Shown: positions 48,150-58,368, counted from the first letter of the stretch. The stretch: DNA of 64,000 bases from Verrucomicrobiales bacterium (GCA_965229245.1 CBDDIW010000002.1:97017-161016); one strand, 5' to 3'. Notes: generated from the sequence alone by a model not told the origin. Numbers and translations: made by a program.

Positions 48150-49475
48150 ATGCAAAACGACATCGATATTTTCCACGAACTCCAGTGGCGCGGCCTGCTC
48201 GAAGACTACACCGGGCGCGGGACAGGGGCGGGCACGGAGGGCGGCGAACCAGGCACGGACGGACTGCCGTCCCGGCTGCGGTCGGGACCGGTGACGCTGT
48301 ATTGTGGATTCGACCCCACGGCGGATAGCCTGCATGTGGGACACCTTGTGCCGCTGCTGGCGCTGCGCCGGTTCCAGCTCGCGGGGCACCATCCCGTGGC
48401 CGTGGCGGGCGGAGCCACCGGGAGCATCGGGGATCCCAGCGGGAAAAGCCAGGAGCGGCAATTGCTGACAAAGGATCACATCGCCGCGAACGTGGCGGCC
48501 ATTCGCCCGCAGCTCGCGAGACTGCTGGACTTCGAGGCGGAGAAAAACCCGGCCCGCCTGGTGGACAACGCGGACTGGCTGGGACCGGTGAGCTTTCTGG
48601 ATTTCCTGCGGGACGTGGGAAAACACTTCACCGTCAACCAAATGGTGGCCAAGGAGTCCGTGCGCGCGCGCATGGAGGACCGGGACACGGGGATCAGCTA
48701 TACGGAGTTCAGTTACATGCTGCTCCAGGCTTACGATTTCTACCACCTTGCGCGGGTGTACGGGTGCGAACTCCAGATCGGCGGGAGCGACCAGTGGGGG
48801 AACATCACGGCGGGTATGGAGCTCATCCGCCGGAAGCTGGAGCGCCGGGCCTACGGCCTCACCATGCCACTCATCACAAAATCCGACGGCACGAAATTCG
48901 GTAAAACCGAAGGCGGGGCCGTGTGGCTGGACACCGCGCGGACCAGCGTGTATCAGTTCTACCAGTTCTGGATACACACGGATGACCGGGACGTCATCCG
49001 TTACCTGAAATACTTCACCTTCCTGCCCCAGGACGAGATCACCTCGCTGGAGGCCGCCCATGCCGCGAACCCCGGGGCCCGGGAGGCGCACACCGCGCTG
49101 GCAAAGGCGGTGACGACGCTCATCCACGGCGCCACCGCCTGTGCCGAGGCCGTGAGGGCCAGCGGCATCCTCTTCGGGGGCTCTCTGGACGGCCTGACGC
49201 CCGCCACCCTGGACATCCTCCGGGCGGAGGTGACGTCCGCCACCGTGAGCCGCGAAGCCCTGGCCGGTCCCCTGCCCCTCACGGAGGCCCTGGTCACCTC
49301 CACGCTCTCCTCCAGCAAAGGACAGGCGCGGAAGGATATAGAAGGCGGCGGCATTTACGTAAATGGCCAGCGCGCCGACGGCACCCGCGCGCTCTCCTCC
49401 GCGGATCTGCTCCATGACCGTGCCGTGCTCCTGCGGAAAGGGAAGAAAGCCTACGCCCTCCTGGTCGCGGAGTGA
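48150..49475 (+). CDS. tyrS: Tyrosine--tRNA ligase
   Basis: YCGFDPTADSLHVGH, EFSYMLLQAYD, QIGGSDQWGN, KFGKT, C-terminal S4 domain. Confidence 0.98.
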   Translation: MQNDIDIFHELQWRGLLEDYTGRGTGAGTEGGEPGTDGLPSRLRSGPVTLYCGFDPTADSLHVGHLVPLLALRRFQLAGHHPVAVAGGATGSIGDPSGKSQERQLLTKDHIAANVAAIRPQLARLLDFEAEKNPARLVDNADWLGPVSFLDFLRDVGKHFTVNQMVAKESVRARMEDRDTGISYTEFSYMLLQAYDFYHLARVYGCELQIGGSDQWGNITAGMELIRRKLERRAYGLTMPLITKSDGTKFGKTEGGAVWLDTARTSVYQFYQFWIHTDDRDVIRYLKYFTFLPQDEITSLEAAHAANPGAREAHTALAKAVTTLIHGATACAEAVRASGILFGGSLDGLTPATLDILRAEVTSATVSREALAGPLPLTEALVTSTLSSSKGQARKDIEGGGIYVNGQRADGTRALSSADLLHDRAVLLRKGKKAYALLVAE

Positions 49476-49494
49476 AGTCCGGGCGAGGCCGCCT

Positions 49495-50553
49495 CTATAG
49501 CAGCAGAAACGACGCGGCGGCAGGCCCATGGGACAGGGCCTGCCAGTCGTGGGTATTCAGCATGGTGACTTGACCGCGCGGGAGAACATTCCCGTAATCA
49601 TCCGTCACTGAAGCCATGGGCCCGAGATACACCGCCTGTTTCGTCTTCGCGGCCAGGCGGTGCCCGGGTTTCACGGCGGTGATCATGAGTTCCCTCATCG
49701 GCACGCCTCCGACAGTGAAATGGGCGGTGGCGGAGAGCTTTTCCAGAAAGAGATTTCCGAAGCCGGCGGCGGTCAGGGCTGCAACCACCACCGCGTGAGA
49801 AGGCACATGCTCCACCACGGCGGCGGGGCCAGGCAAAGGGGGCAGCGGCTCCGTGAGGGGCGCGTCCGCGGAGAGACCGTGGAGGCGCAGGATACCTCCT
49901 GGGCGCAGCACGCGGAGGATTTCCCGCAAGGCCGCGGACAGGTCTATTTTGTCCGGGGAGATATTGACGATGCCTTCGCACAGCACCTCATGCACGCTGT
50001 GATCGTCATGGGGAATGCGCGCGGGAAAGGCTTCGCCGATATGGTGTTGCCACATCATGCGGGAAGCGGGAGGGAGCGGAGGCGCGTCGGATTGGCCGGG
50101 CATTTCCTCCAACGTGGGCATGGCATCATCGCCGTGTTCGTCGATATCCTCGTGGACGACATAAACCTCCCAGAACGCCTGGTCGGGATCAATGACCCAG
50201 AATTTCGTCTGCAGTGCATAGCAGCAGGCCACACCCTCCTCCCGCTTCGAGGGAATGCCCCCGAGTTCCAGCCGTTCCTGGATGCCTACCAGCGTGGCGG
50301 CATCCGCCACCCGGAGACCGAAGTGATTCACAATGCCGCCCGGCGCGGGCCGTCCCGGCATGAGCGTGAGTACCAGCGGGGGTTCCATGAGATCGAACTT
50401 CGCGTAGTTCGGTCGCACCTTCGAAGGCTCCACCCCCAGCAACAGCCGGTAAAAAGCGATGGAGCGGGGAAGGTCCGCGCAGTTCAGCGAGGCGTGAAAC
50501 ATGGTGCCCGTGATGGCGGGCGCGGCGGCGGGAGAACAACAGGCGGCGGGCAT
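49495..50553 (-). CDS. ArsI/CadI-family VOC metalloenzyme fused to a degenerate ArsM-like methyltransferase C-terminal region
   Basis: FHASLN, YAKF, NHFG, CCYA.QTK.WV.DPD, WEVY; then SV.EV....VN..PD....LREI.RVLRPGG and AVYLGP..V.DD.G...PRG. Confidence 0.8.
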   Translation of the reverse strand: MPAACCSPAAAPAITGTMFHASLNCADLPRSIAFYRLLLGVEPSKVRPNYAKFDLMEPPLVLTLMPGRPAPGGIVNHFGLRVADAATLVGIQERLELGGIPSKREEGVACCYALQTKFWVIDPDQAFWEVYVVHEDIDEHGDDAMPTLEEMPGQSDAPPLPPASRMMWQHHIGEAFPARIPHDDHSVHEVLCEGIVNISPDKIDLSAALREILRVLRPGGILRLHGLSADAPLTEPLPPLPGPAAVVEHVPSHAVVVAALTAAGFGNLFLEKLSATAHFTVGGVPMRELMITAVKPGHRLAAKTKQAVYLGPMASVTDDYGNVLPRGQVTMLNTHDWQALSHGPAAASFLLL

Positions 50554-50711
50554 GGGAAGCCGATTCTATGCGCGGCAAAGCATATTTCCATCCCTCCCAG
50601 GCATACTCATCCTCGTAAGCCCGCTCCCGTCCATTTCCATTATCCGCGTGCCAGCGCTTGCCCCGCGCGCTGGCGTCATGGAAGAAGCCGGGTATTATCC
50701 GTCTGTCCGTC

Positions 50712-52052
50712 ATGTCCACACCTACTCCCCGCGTTCGTTTTGCCCCCTCCCCCACTGGTTATCTCCACGTGGGAGGCGCGCGCACGGCTTTGTTCAACTG
50801 GCTCTTTGCCCGCCGCAATGGCGGCACCTTCGTGCTGCGCATCGAGGACACGGATGATGCCCGTAATACCCCGGAGGCCGTGGCCGCCATCCTGGACGGC
50901 ATGCGCTGGCTGGGGCTGGACTGGGATGAAGGCCCGGAGGCCGGGGGCGACTTCGGTCCCTATTTCCAGAGCCAGCGAAAGGCGATCTACGATGCCTATC
51001 TGAACCGTCTCACCGAAAGCGGCCACACCTATGTGGAGGAAAACGGGGCGGTGCGTTTCCGTTCACCCCGGGAGATCATTCTCCTGCCGGACCGGATCTG
51101 CGGAGAGATCAAGATAGACCGCACTAACGAACCGGACATGACCATCCGCCGTCCGGACGGCAGCTATATCTTCCACTTCGTGAATGTGGTGGACGACATC
51201 GAGATGAAGATCACCCACGTGATCCGCGGCGAGGACCACATTTATAACACCGGGAAACACGTGGAACTTTTCCGCGCCTTTGGCGTGGAGCCCCCGGAGT
51301 ATGCCCATATCCCGCTCATTCTGAACCCGGACGGCTCGAAGATGAGCAAACGGAGCGAAGGCGCCTCCGTGGGCTACTACGTGCAAAACGGCTTCCTGCC
51401 GGGTGCGGTCGCGAACTACCTCTGCCTGCTGGGCTGGTCGCCAAAGGATGACCGCGAAGTGCTGCCGCTAACGACCGTGCGCGATCTCTTCGACTGGGAA
51501 CACCTGAATCACCACAACGCAAAGTTCGACCTCGAAAAGTGCCGCTGGATGAACGGGGAGTATGTAAAAGAGCAGAGCGACGCGGACTTCGCCGCTTCCT
51601 GCAAGGCCTGGCTCTCCGGACAGCCGACGAATTCCCTCCTGCAACCGCTCCTCAAGGAGATGCCCCTGGACGGCCTGTTGCCGCTCATCAAACCCAAGGT
51701 GAAAGTGGTCCACGAGATCCTGGAGCATCTGGTGATGCTGCTGGATGGCTCCGCGCCACTGGCGGAGGATGCGCGGACCAAAATCGCGGGTCAGGCGGAC
51801 CGCGCGGCAAAGTTCAGCGCTCTCACCTCCCATCTGGACGCGCTGGTGCATTGGAACCGGGAGCACATCCAGGACGGGGTGAACCTGGCCGCCGCCGAGC
51901 TGAAGGTGAAGCCCGGCGCGCTCATGTTCCCCCTCCGCGTGGCCCTCACCGGCCAGGGGCACGGCGTGGATCTGCTGCCCGCTCTGGAGATCCTGGGAAA
52001 GGCGGAAACCATGTCCCGCCTGCGCGCACGCACACCCCTGCTCACGGCTTGA
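50712..52052 (+). CDS. gltX: Glutamate--tRNA ligase
   Basis: RVRFAPSPTGYLHVGG, LRIEDTD, THVIRGEDH, KMSKR, LRVALTG. Confidence 0.98.
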   Translation: MSTPTPRVRFAPSPTGYLHVGGARTALFNWLFARRNGGTFVLRIEDTDDARNTPEAVAAILDGMRWLGLDWDEGPEAGGDFGPYFQSQRKAIYDAYLNRLTESGHTYVEENGAVRFRSPREIILLPDRICGEIKIDRTNEPDMTIRRPDGSYIFHFVNVVDDIEMKITHVIRGEDHIYNTGKHVELFRAFGVEPPEYAHIPLILNPDGSKMSKRSEGASVGYYVQNGFLPGAVANYLCLLGWSPKDDREVLPLTTVRDLFDWEHLNHHNAKFDLEKCRWMNGEYVKEQSDADFAASCKAWLSGQPTNSLLQPLLKEMPLDGLLPLIKPKVKVVHEILEHLVMLLDGSAPLAEDARTKIAGQADRAAKFSALTSHLDALVHWNREHIQDGVNLAAAELKVKPGALMFPLRVALTGQGHGVDLLPALEILGKAETMSRLRARTPLLTA

Positions 52053-52067
52053 ACTGATCCCGTGACC

Positions 52068-53000
52068 ATGGCTGAAGCACCCGCGGTTTTCACGGCGGCG
52101 GATCTGGACCGCTGGGCGGAGACAGGAGGCAGGCTGGCACCTCCCGCCCGGCTTGCCGTTATCGGCGATCCCGTCGCTCACTCACTTTCGCCGGAGATGC
52201 ACAATCCCGCCCTGCGGGAATGCGGCATTGACGCGAGCTACATCCGCCTGCACCTCCGTCCGGAGGAGTTCCTGGAGGCCCTGCCGAAACTCCAGGCGCT
52301 GGGCTTCCTGGGCTGCAACTGCACTATTCCCCACAAGTTTATGGCGCTGGAGGCCGCGGGGGAAGTGGACGCCGCCGCCCGTCGTATGGGCGCGGTGAAT
52401 ACACTCATTTTCCGTCCGGACGGCGTGATCCAGGGCCGGAACAGCGATGCGCCGGGATTTCTCCGCGCCGTGCGGGAGGAATTCGGGCGCGAGGCCCGGG
52501 AGCTTTCCATCCTGGTGCCAGGGGCGGGAGGAGGCGCGGGAGCCGCCGTGGCCGCCATGTGCTCCATGGAGGGCTGCCGGGAGTTGATCCTGACCAACCG
52601 GGGAATCGACAAGGCTGAACGCGTGGCGGAGGGGCTCCGCGACCTGCCAGGTGGCGGTGTCACCCGCGTGGTGCCGTGGACCGGGGAGGCTCTGGCGGAG
52701 GTGATGCCCCGGGTGGACCTCATCGTGAACTGCACCAGCCTGGGGATGAACCCGGGAGATCCGGAGGTGGTGCCGCACCGTCTGCTCCAGCCCCGGCATC
52801 TGATCTTCGACATGGTTTACAAACCACTGCGCACTCCCCTGGTGGAAGCCGCGGAGGCGGCCGGGGCGCGGGTCATCAATGGACTCCCCATGCTGCTCTG
52901 GCAGGGGGTCTATGCCTTTGAGTGGTGGTTTGGCCGCCCGGCTCCGGCGGAGGTCATGCGGGCCGGGCTGGACGAAGCTGTGAAGCTCCGGACCCGATAG
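52068..53000 (+). CDS. aroE: Shikimate dehydrogenase
   Basis: G.PVAHSLSP.MHN, N.TIPHK, GAVNT, GAGG, N.TSLGM, DMVYKP, GL.ML..QG. Start is GTG 52062 or ATG 52068. Confidence 0.93.
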   Translation: MAEAPAVFTAADLDRWAETGGRLAPPARLAVIGDPVAHSLSPEMHNPALRECGIDASYIRLHLRPEEFLEALPKLQALGFLGCNCTIPHKFMALEAAGEVDAAARRMGAVNTLIFRPDGVIQGRNSDAPGFLRAVREEFGREARELSILVPGAGGGAGAAVAAMCSMEGCRELILTNRGIDKAERVAEGLRDLPGGGVTRVVPWTGEALAEVMPRVDLIVNCTSLGMNPGDPEVVPHRLLQPRHLIFDMVYKPLRTPLVEAAEAAGARVINGLPMLLWQGVYAFEWWFGRPAPAEVMRAGLDEAVKLRTR

Positions 53001-53009
53001 TCATGAAGA

Positions 53010-54113
53010 TCAAACAGCCCCTGGCTCCTGTTTCCGGCGGCGAAGGCTCCATTCCACCACCACCGCCATGAGCGACAGGGTGATCAGCGGCGCGAGACCA
53101 ATCTGAAGTTCCTGCCCGATCCAGGGGATACGCCGGTCCCCGATGGCGAGCGTGTAGCCACCCGCATCCAGGGCCGGGGAACCTTTGGTAATGCCGAGAC
53201 ACAGGGTATTCGCAAAGATCAGCCCGGCATGGATGCCGATGGGCAGCCAGAGGGACCGGGTGGCGCACCGGGCGCGTGCGAGGATGAGGCCGATGGCGAA
53301 GATGGTCAGGAACCGGGAGACGAACTCCGAGGGGTCCGCCACCTTCCGGAAGATGGTGGCCGTCATCTCAAAACCGGATCCCCAGTGGATTTGAGACGGG
53401 GCGAACCGGCGGTATTCCGGGTCGATGATCCAGTCCACAGCCTCGGGTTTACTCTCTTGAATGATCAGGTGATTCGCCCACTCGGGGGACTTAATGTAAT
53501 TCTCCACCTGGGCGCGCTGCGCCGGTTCCTTCACCAACAGATCCGGCGGCTTCATTCGGTGCAGGATGGAGAAAAACGCGGACACCACGAGAATGGCCAC
53601 CCAGGGCCGAGAGGACCGCAGGGCCACCCCCAGGAAGATGCCGCGAAAGAGCCACTCCTCCAGCAGCGCCGCCGCCACACAAGTGATCGCGGCGCGGGTG
53701 ATCATGGTCTTCCAGTCGATGGTATCCTCAAAGATATACGCTCCCGTCCACATGAGGAGCGCGGTGAGCACGGTGAGAAACCCGCAAGCAATAACGAAGC
53801 CGCTCGCGGCATCCTTCGCACGGGCCGGATTTTTCTCCAGCCCCAGCCGGTCGCCGGAGAGGCGCATCCATTTCAAAAACGGCCACAGCAGCCCCAGGGC
53901 GGAAATGAGAAACGCCCGGTCATAATAGCTCCCAAACTGGTGGGTGGTGAGCTTCTTCGCGATCCACCCGATGACGGGGGTCTCCGTTTGCTTGAAGCTC
54001 ACGATCATCCCCGCAAGCCACTTCCCGCCCCAATACAGTGGCGGAGCCAACACCGCCCCAAGCATCAGGACGGCAGTGAGAAAGAGGAGAATTTGAAACT
54101 GGGACCGGCTCAT
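53010..54113 (-). CDS. CPBP/CAAX (Abi) family intramembrane metalloprotease
   Basis: EEWLFRG, S..F...H, SLWLPIGIHAG; multiple TMs. Confidence 0.9.
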   Translation of the reverse strand: MSRSQFQILLFLTAVLMLGAVLAPPLYWGGKWLAGMIVSFKQTETPVIGWIAKKLTTHQFGSYYDRAFLISALGLLWPFLKWMRLSGDRLGLEKNPARAKDAASGFVIACGFLTVLTALLMWTGAYIFEDTIDWKTMITRAAITCVAAALLEEWLFRGIFLGVALRSSRPWVAILVVSAFFSILHRMKPPDLLVKEPAQRAQVENYIKSPEWANHLIIQESKPEAVDWIIDPEYRRFAPSQIHWGSGFEMTATIFRKVADPSEFVSRFLTIFAIGLILARARCATRSLWLPIGIHAGLIFANTLCLGITKGSPALDAGGYTLAIGDRRIPWIGQELQIGLAPLITLSLMAVVVEWSLRRRKQEPGAV

Positions 54114-54199
54114 TGGCGGCAGGTGAGAACATTCCCGCCCGGATGGCAAAGGGATACGCACAGAATCCTCCCGGGATTCCGGAAAAATCCAAGGTCAGC

Positions 54200-54733
54200 C
54201 TAACCCCGAAGCGACTCCAGGAGTTCCTTCTTCTGCGCCACGAAGGAATGCTCGGTGTCGATCTTCCGCTGGAGGCGCATCAGGCCCTCCAGGAGCGCCT
54301 CCGGACGCGGAGGACAGCCAGAGATATAAACGTCCACCGGAATGATACGGTCCACACCCTGCAGCACCGCGTAGCTGCGATACATACCGCCGCTGCTGGC
54401 ACAGGCCCCCATGGCGATGCACCACTTCGGGTCCGGCATCTGGTCCCAGATGCGCTTCACCGCGAGGGCCATCTTGTAGGTCACCGTGCCGGCCACGATC
54501 ATCACGTCCGCCTGGCGCGGGGAGAAGCGCATGACCTCCGCGCCGAAGCGGGAGATGTCATACCGACTGGAAGCGGTGGCCATGAGCTCGATGGCGCAGC
54601 AGGCCAGGCCCATGGGCATGGGCCAGAGGGAGTTCTTCCGCATCCAGTTGATGGCGGCATCGAGGCGCGTGAAAATGATGTTCCCCTCGATCTTGGAATC
54701 GTAGGCGGCGTGAGTGAGCGTTGCTTCGGCCAT
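54200..54733 (-). CDS. nuoB: NADH-quinone oxidoreductase subunit B
   Basis: [43 protein letters not shown]. Confidence 0.97.
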   Translation of the reverse strand: MAEATLTHAAYDSKIEGNIIFTRLDAAINWMRKNSLWPMPMGLACCAIELMATASSRYDISRFGAEVMRFSPRQADVMIVAGTVTYKMALAVKRIWDQMPDPKWCIAMGACASSGGMYRSYAVLQGVDRIIPVDVYISGCPPRPEALLEGLMRLQRKIDTEHSFVAQKKELLESLRG

Positions 54734-54927
54734 GCGGAAAGAATGCGGAATTCGGGAGAGCGGGGGATGGTGCGCCGCCGGGCCCATCCCCGCAAGGGCC
54801 AATGCGGCTGTGCTTTTCTTTTCCGGTTGTTTGCCTGGATAAAAAAAACGCCGGGATTCCTTTCGGAATACCGGCGTTTCAAGGGACCTGACTCTTTACC
54901 GGACCGGACGGGTCCGGTCACGCGGGA

Positions 54928-57444
54928 TCACTTTTCGTAGGCCCCAATGTCCACGGATTTCCCATCCACCCGGGGGCGTCCGTCCAAATCACGGTTGGCG
55001 GGGCGGCCATGGCCATTGCCAGGGGACAGATCGCGGGGGGTGAGTTTGGTCTTCCCGGCATTGACGCCCGGGGAACCCTTGAGCTGGCGGTAGTCGCCCG
55101 CCGCCGCGTTCACGAAAAGCGGAGCGCCCGTGACATTGTCCACTCCGGTAAATCCACCCTGGATATAACTGTAGCTCACCACCGGCGTGCCCGTGATCCA
55201 GTCCGAGCCATCGAGCACGATGGAATTCTGAATCACCAGGCTACCCGTCGTGTCCCAGGCGGGGAGGGTGGAGGTGTTTTCCACCGCGGTCACGTTGGTG
55301 AGCCTGGCCTTTTGGGCCGCCTGCACCACGACAGCACCTCCAGCCCCCTGGTTGTCCGCCTCCGCTCCACTGAGGTCCGCCGCGGTGTTGTGGCGGAGAA
55401 GGCTGTTCACGACCTCGAGAGTGCCTGGATCACCATAGTCCGCTGAAATGAGGGCTCCCCCGAGGTTCGCGGTATTCCGGATGAATTCGCAGTTCAGCAC
55501 TTTGGGGTGGCCATTCTCGTGGGAATAGAGGGCTCCGCCCCATCCCGCGCCCATATCGGCATCCCCCAGGGCGCTGTTCTCCTCGAAGCGGCAGCGAACC
55601 AGATAGGTGCGGCCCTGCGTCACGGAGATCCCGCCTCCCCCCAGGGAGGCATTGCCTTTGAAGACACAGTCACTGATCACCGTTTCAGAATACCAGGGGT
55701 CGGTGTTAATCGTCATGGCTCCGCCGCCCTCGTAAGCGTAGTTGTCCGTGATGAGGCAGTTCCGGACCTCGCCACCGGAGAGAAAAATCCCACCGCCGTA
55801 TTCTGAGGGACCAAAAGCTCCCCGAATGGTAAAGCCATCCACCGCCGTCGGCTTGTCGGAGCGGAAGATGGTAACCACATTGACGGCGTTGTCATCCCGG
55901 TTCAAGAAGCCCGGGAGATCGTCCCCGGCGAGATCGCCGGAAAGGATGGTGGGATGCGCCGCGGGATCCCGCTGATCCCGTTTGCTCTCCGTGCCCGCGA
56001 ATCCCCCATAGACCTCCACATTCCGCACGAGGAAGCAGGAGTCCCCCGAGGCGGGATCGGGCTGCGGTGTGTAGGTGCCGGCGGCCACCCAAATTTCTTT
56101 CACACGGCCCTGGCTGGCACGGGCCAGTTGCAGGGCGCGGGTAAGCGTATTCAGCGGGCGGGCCCAGGTGGTGCCATCACCACCGGCGGCGGCCCCGGCC
56201 CGGACGCGGATAACGCGGTTCTCTACTTCGTCCGGCACCTTGTTCCGGTTCCGGTCGAGGCTGGTGCCGTTGGCGATATCCATACTGTCCGGAATACCGT
56301 TTCCGTTCAGGTCCGCCTGGGAGATCGACCGCACAGAGGCCACGGCGGGCAGGTTGGCGGCGGCATACGCGGGGGTGAGCCACGCGGCGGCGGAGGCGTC
56401 CCCTTTCAGATTCAGATCGAATGAGGCGGAGGTATAGAGCAGGGTGGCGGCACGCCAGGCGCGGTCTTTGGCCAGTTGCTCCGCGTCCGGAGGAGGCAGG
56501 AAACTTAGCACGTCCTCGTCCGTGATATGCGTCCGGATCCACTCGACGGAGTCGTGGTCCACGTCAAAGCTGCTGTGGTCCGCTCCCAGGAGGCTCACCA
56601 GGGCCCGCGGGCCGCCAAACCGGGCATAGGCATCCGTGGTTTCCCAGCGGGTGCCGTCATTCGTGCCGGTCAGGGTGAGTACGGACCCGCGGATGCGTCC
56701 CAGGTCTTCAGGCGTAAACGCCCAAGTACTGGGGGAGAGCAGTACCAGGGCATCCACCCGGGTGTCCGGTTTGGAGCCATGATACCCTCCCGCCAGAGCG
56801 GCCACAGCGGCGCCACCATAACTCCAGCCCGTGCCGCCGATGTGTTTCGGATCGATCCGGTCGCGCAGAAGATCGCCTTTTTTGCTGTTCCGGGAAAGCG
56901 CGGTGTCGATGAGGAAACGGCAGTCCAACGCACGGGGGCTGAAGTCGCGGATGGGATCCTCCTCATCTCCCATGGGGTTCATATCCCCGATCCAGCCGCT
57001 GCCGGTATGGTCGGCGGAAATGATCACATAGCCCCGGCTGGCAAGGAGTTCACACAGATCATACGCCTCAAACCGGGTGCCGCCGCGGGAGTGGGAGTAA
57101 ACGATGAGCGGGAAGGCTCCGGACGCATCCGCCGCGACTCCCTCCCGCGCCAGGGCGGAGGGAAAAGGCACGGACCGTCCGAGGAAGAAATAATCGTCCA
57201 GCTCATAGTTCGTGACCGGCCCCGCGGCCGCGGCGGTGGCGTTCGCGGGATACCATATATCATAACGCAAGGTGCGGGACCGGGACTTGTCCGTGGCGTG
57301 CGAGGTGAGGTGCCCCACCGCATAAGCCCCGGGCTGATCCGGGGTGGCGGCGGTGGCGGACACCGTCGCCGGGGCCCCGGCATGGATGACCCCGGAAACC
57401 CCAAAAGTTAGAATGGTGGTGAGTAAAAAATGTTGAAATTTCAT
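54928..57444 (-). CDS. Secreted alpha/beta hydrolase fused to a beta-helix/Pmp-like region
   Basis: Signal peptide from ATG 57444; PLIVYSH, GWSYGG nucleophile elbow, GTND, GADH; DLNGNG.PD linkers; GDGTTW, EIWVAAGTY.P, YGGFAGTE, GG-A repeats; DLDGRPR...VDIGAYE terminus. Confidence 0.85.
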   Translation of the reverse strand: MKFQHFLLTTILTFGVSGVIHAGAPATVSATAATPDQPGAYAVGHLTSHATDKSRSRTLRYDIWYPANATAAAAGPVTNYELDDYFFLGRSVPFPSALAREGVAADASGAFPLIVYSHSRGGTRFEAYDLCELLASRGYVIISADHTGSGWIGDMNPMGDEEDPIRDFSPRALDCRFLIDTALSRNSKKGDLLRDRIDPKHIGGTGWSYGGAAVAALAGGYHGSKPDTRVDALVLLSPSTWAFTPEDLGRIRGSVLTLTGTNDGTRWETTDAYARFGGPRALVSLLGADHSSFDVDHDSVEWIRTHITDEDVLSFLPPPDAEQLAKDRAWRAATLLYTSASFDLNLKGDASAAAWLTPAYAAANLPAVASVRSISQADLNGNGIPDSMDIANGTSLDRNRNKVPDEVENRVIRVRAGAAAGGDGTTWARPLNTLTRALQLARASQGRVKEIWVAAGTYTPQPDPASGDSCFLVRNVEVYGGFAGTESKRDQRDPAAHPTILSGDLAGDDLPGFLNRDDNAVNVVTIFRSDKPTAVDGFTIRGAFGPSEYGGGIFLSGGEVRNCLITDNYAYEGGGAMTINTDPWYSETVISDCVFKGNASLGGGGISVTQGRTYLVRCRFEENSALGDADMGAGWGGALYSHENGHPKVLNCEFIRNTANLGGALISADYGDPGTLEVVNSLLRHNTAADLSGAEADNQGAGGAVVVQAAQKARLTNVTAVENTSTLPAWDTTGSLVIQNSIVLDGSDWITGTPVVSYSYIQGGFTGVDNVTGAPLFVNAAAGDYRQLKGSPGVNAGKTKLTPRDLSPGNGHGRPANRDLDGRPRVDGKSVDIGAYEK

Positions 57445-57501
57445 CGGTGGCCGGATGGCGGGTGGGTTAATGGGAGGCAAAAAGAAGCCTTCCGCTAAGG
57501 G

Positions 57502-57532
57502 CATGCGTTTTTTTTTTGGCGGAAACGGACAT
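57502..57532 (-). promoter_or_regulatory. Candidate ECF sigma promoter (ATGTCCGTTT-N14-ACGCATG) upstream of the hydrolase gene
   Basis: Same two blocks and same spacing as the copy at 58325-58355. Confidence 0.65.
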
Positions 57533-57726
57533 CCGGGCCTCTTTTTCCGCACATTTTCTGTTCAGTCTCGCTCACAACCCCGTTCCCCAACCGGGAAAGC
57601 CACCATTTCAGAGCCAGGACAGTGCTCAAAATCAGTTCTTGAAACCGGTTCTCAAAAGAGTAAGCAGGCGGAACGTGAAAATTAGATAACTATCAACTTT
57701 CAGAAACAAGGGATAATCCGTTTACA

Positions 57727-58314
57727 ATGAATGATGTGACCTTCCTACTCAACGCGGTTGGAGAGGGTAGCACGGAAGCGGCGCATCAGCTGTGGCAGGC
57801 AGTGTATGCTGAGTTACGCCGCATCGCCGGGGAAAAAATGCGCCAGGAGGGGCGGGAGGTGACCTTGCAGGCCACCGCGCTGGTACACGAGGCCTGGCTG
57901 CGCATGGCCGGCCCGGAAACTCCACCCCAGACATGGGAGGGACGGGCTCATTTTTTCGCGGCAGCGGCAGAGGCCATGCGGCGCATCCTGGTGGATCAGG
58001 CCCGGCGGCGGCTCCGCCGGAAACGCGGCGGTGGAGCAGAACATGTTCCCCTGGAGGATGCCGTGGAGATCAGCGGACCGGGAGGGGATGAAAAGCTCAT
58101 CCAGGTGCACGAGTCCCTGGACGCCCTGGAACGGGAGGACACGCGGAAAGCACGCATCGTAAAGCTGCGGTTCTTCGCGGGGTTCACGTATGAAGAGATC
58201 GCTGTCATGCTGGAACTCAACGAGAAAACCATACGCCGGGAGTGGACCATGGCCCGCACCTGGCTTTTCGACTTTATCAAAACCGCCGGAGAAATGGACC
58301 ACCTGGAAAAATAA
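57727..58314 (+). CDS. ECF sigma factor, planctomycete-type kinase-associated (TIGR02999-like)
   Basis: VY.ELRR.A, TLQATALVHEAWLR, HFFAAAAEAMRRILVD.AR, KLRFFAG, REWT.AR.WL. Confidence 0.95.
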   Translation: MNDVTFLLNAVGEGSTEAAHQLWQAVYAELRRIAGEKMRQEGREVTLQATALVHEAWLRMAGPETPPQTWEGRAHFFAAAAEAMRRILVDQARRRLRRKRGGGAEHVPLEDAVEISGPGGDEKLIQVHESLDALEREDTRKARIVKLRFFAGFTYEEIAVMLELNEKTIRREWTMARTWLFDFIKTAGEMDHLEK

Positions 58315-58324
58315 TCCACGCGGA

Positions 58325-58355
58325 ATGTCCGTTTTTCCACGCCTTTTCACGCATG
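58325..58355 (+). promoter_or_regulatory. Candidate ECF sigma promoter (ATGTCCGTTT-N14-ACGCATG) upstream of the kinase gene
   Basis: Same two blocks and same spacing as the copy at 57502-57532. Confidence 0.65.
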
Positions 58356-58368
58356 GAGAATATTGAAG

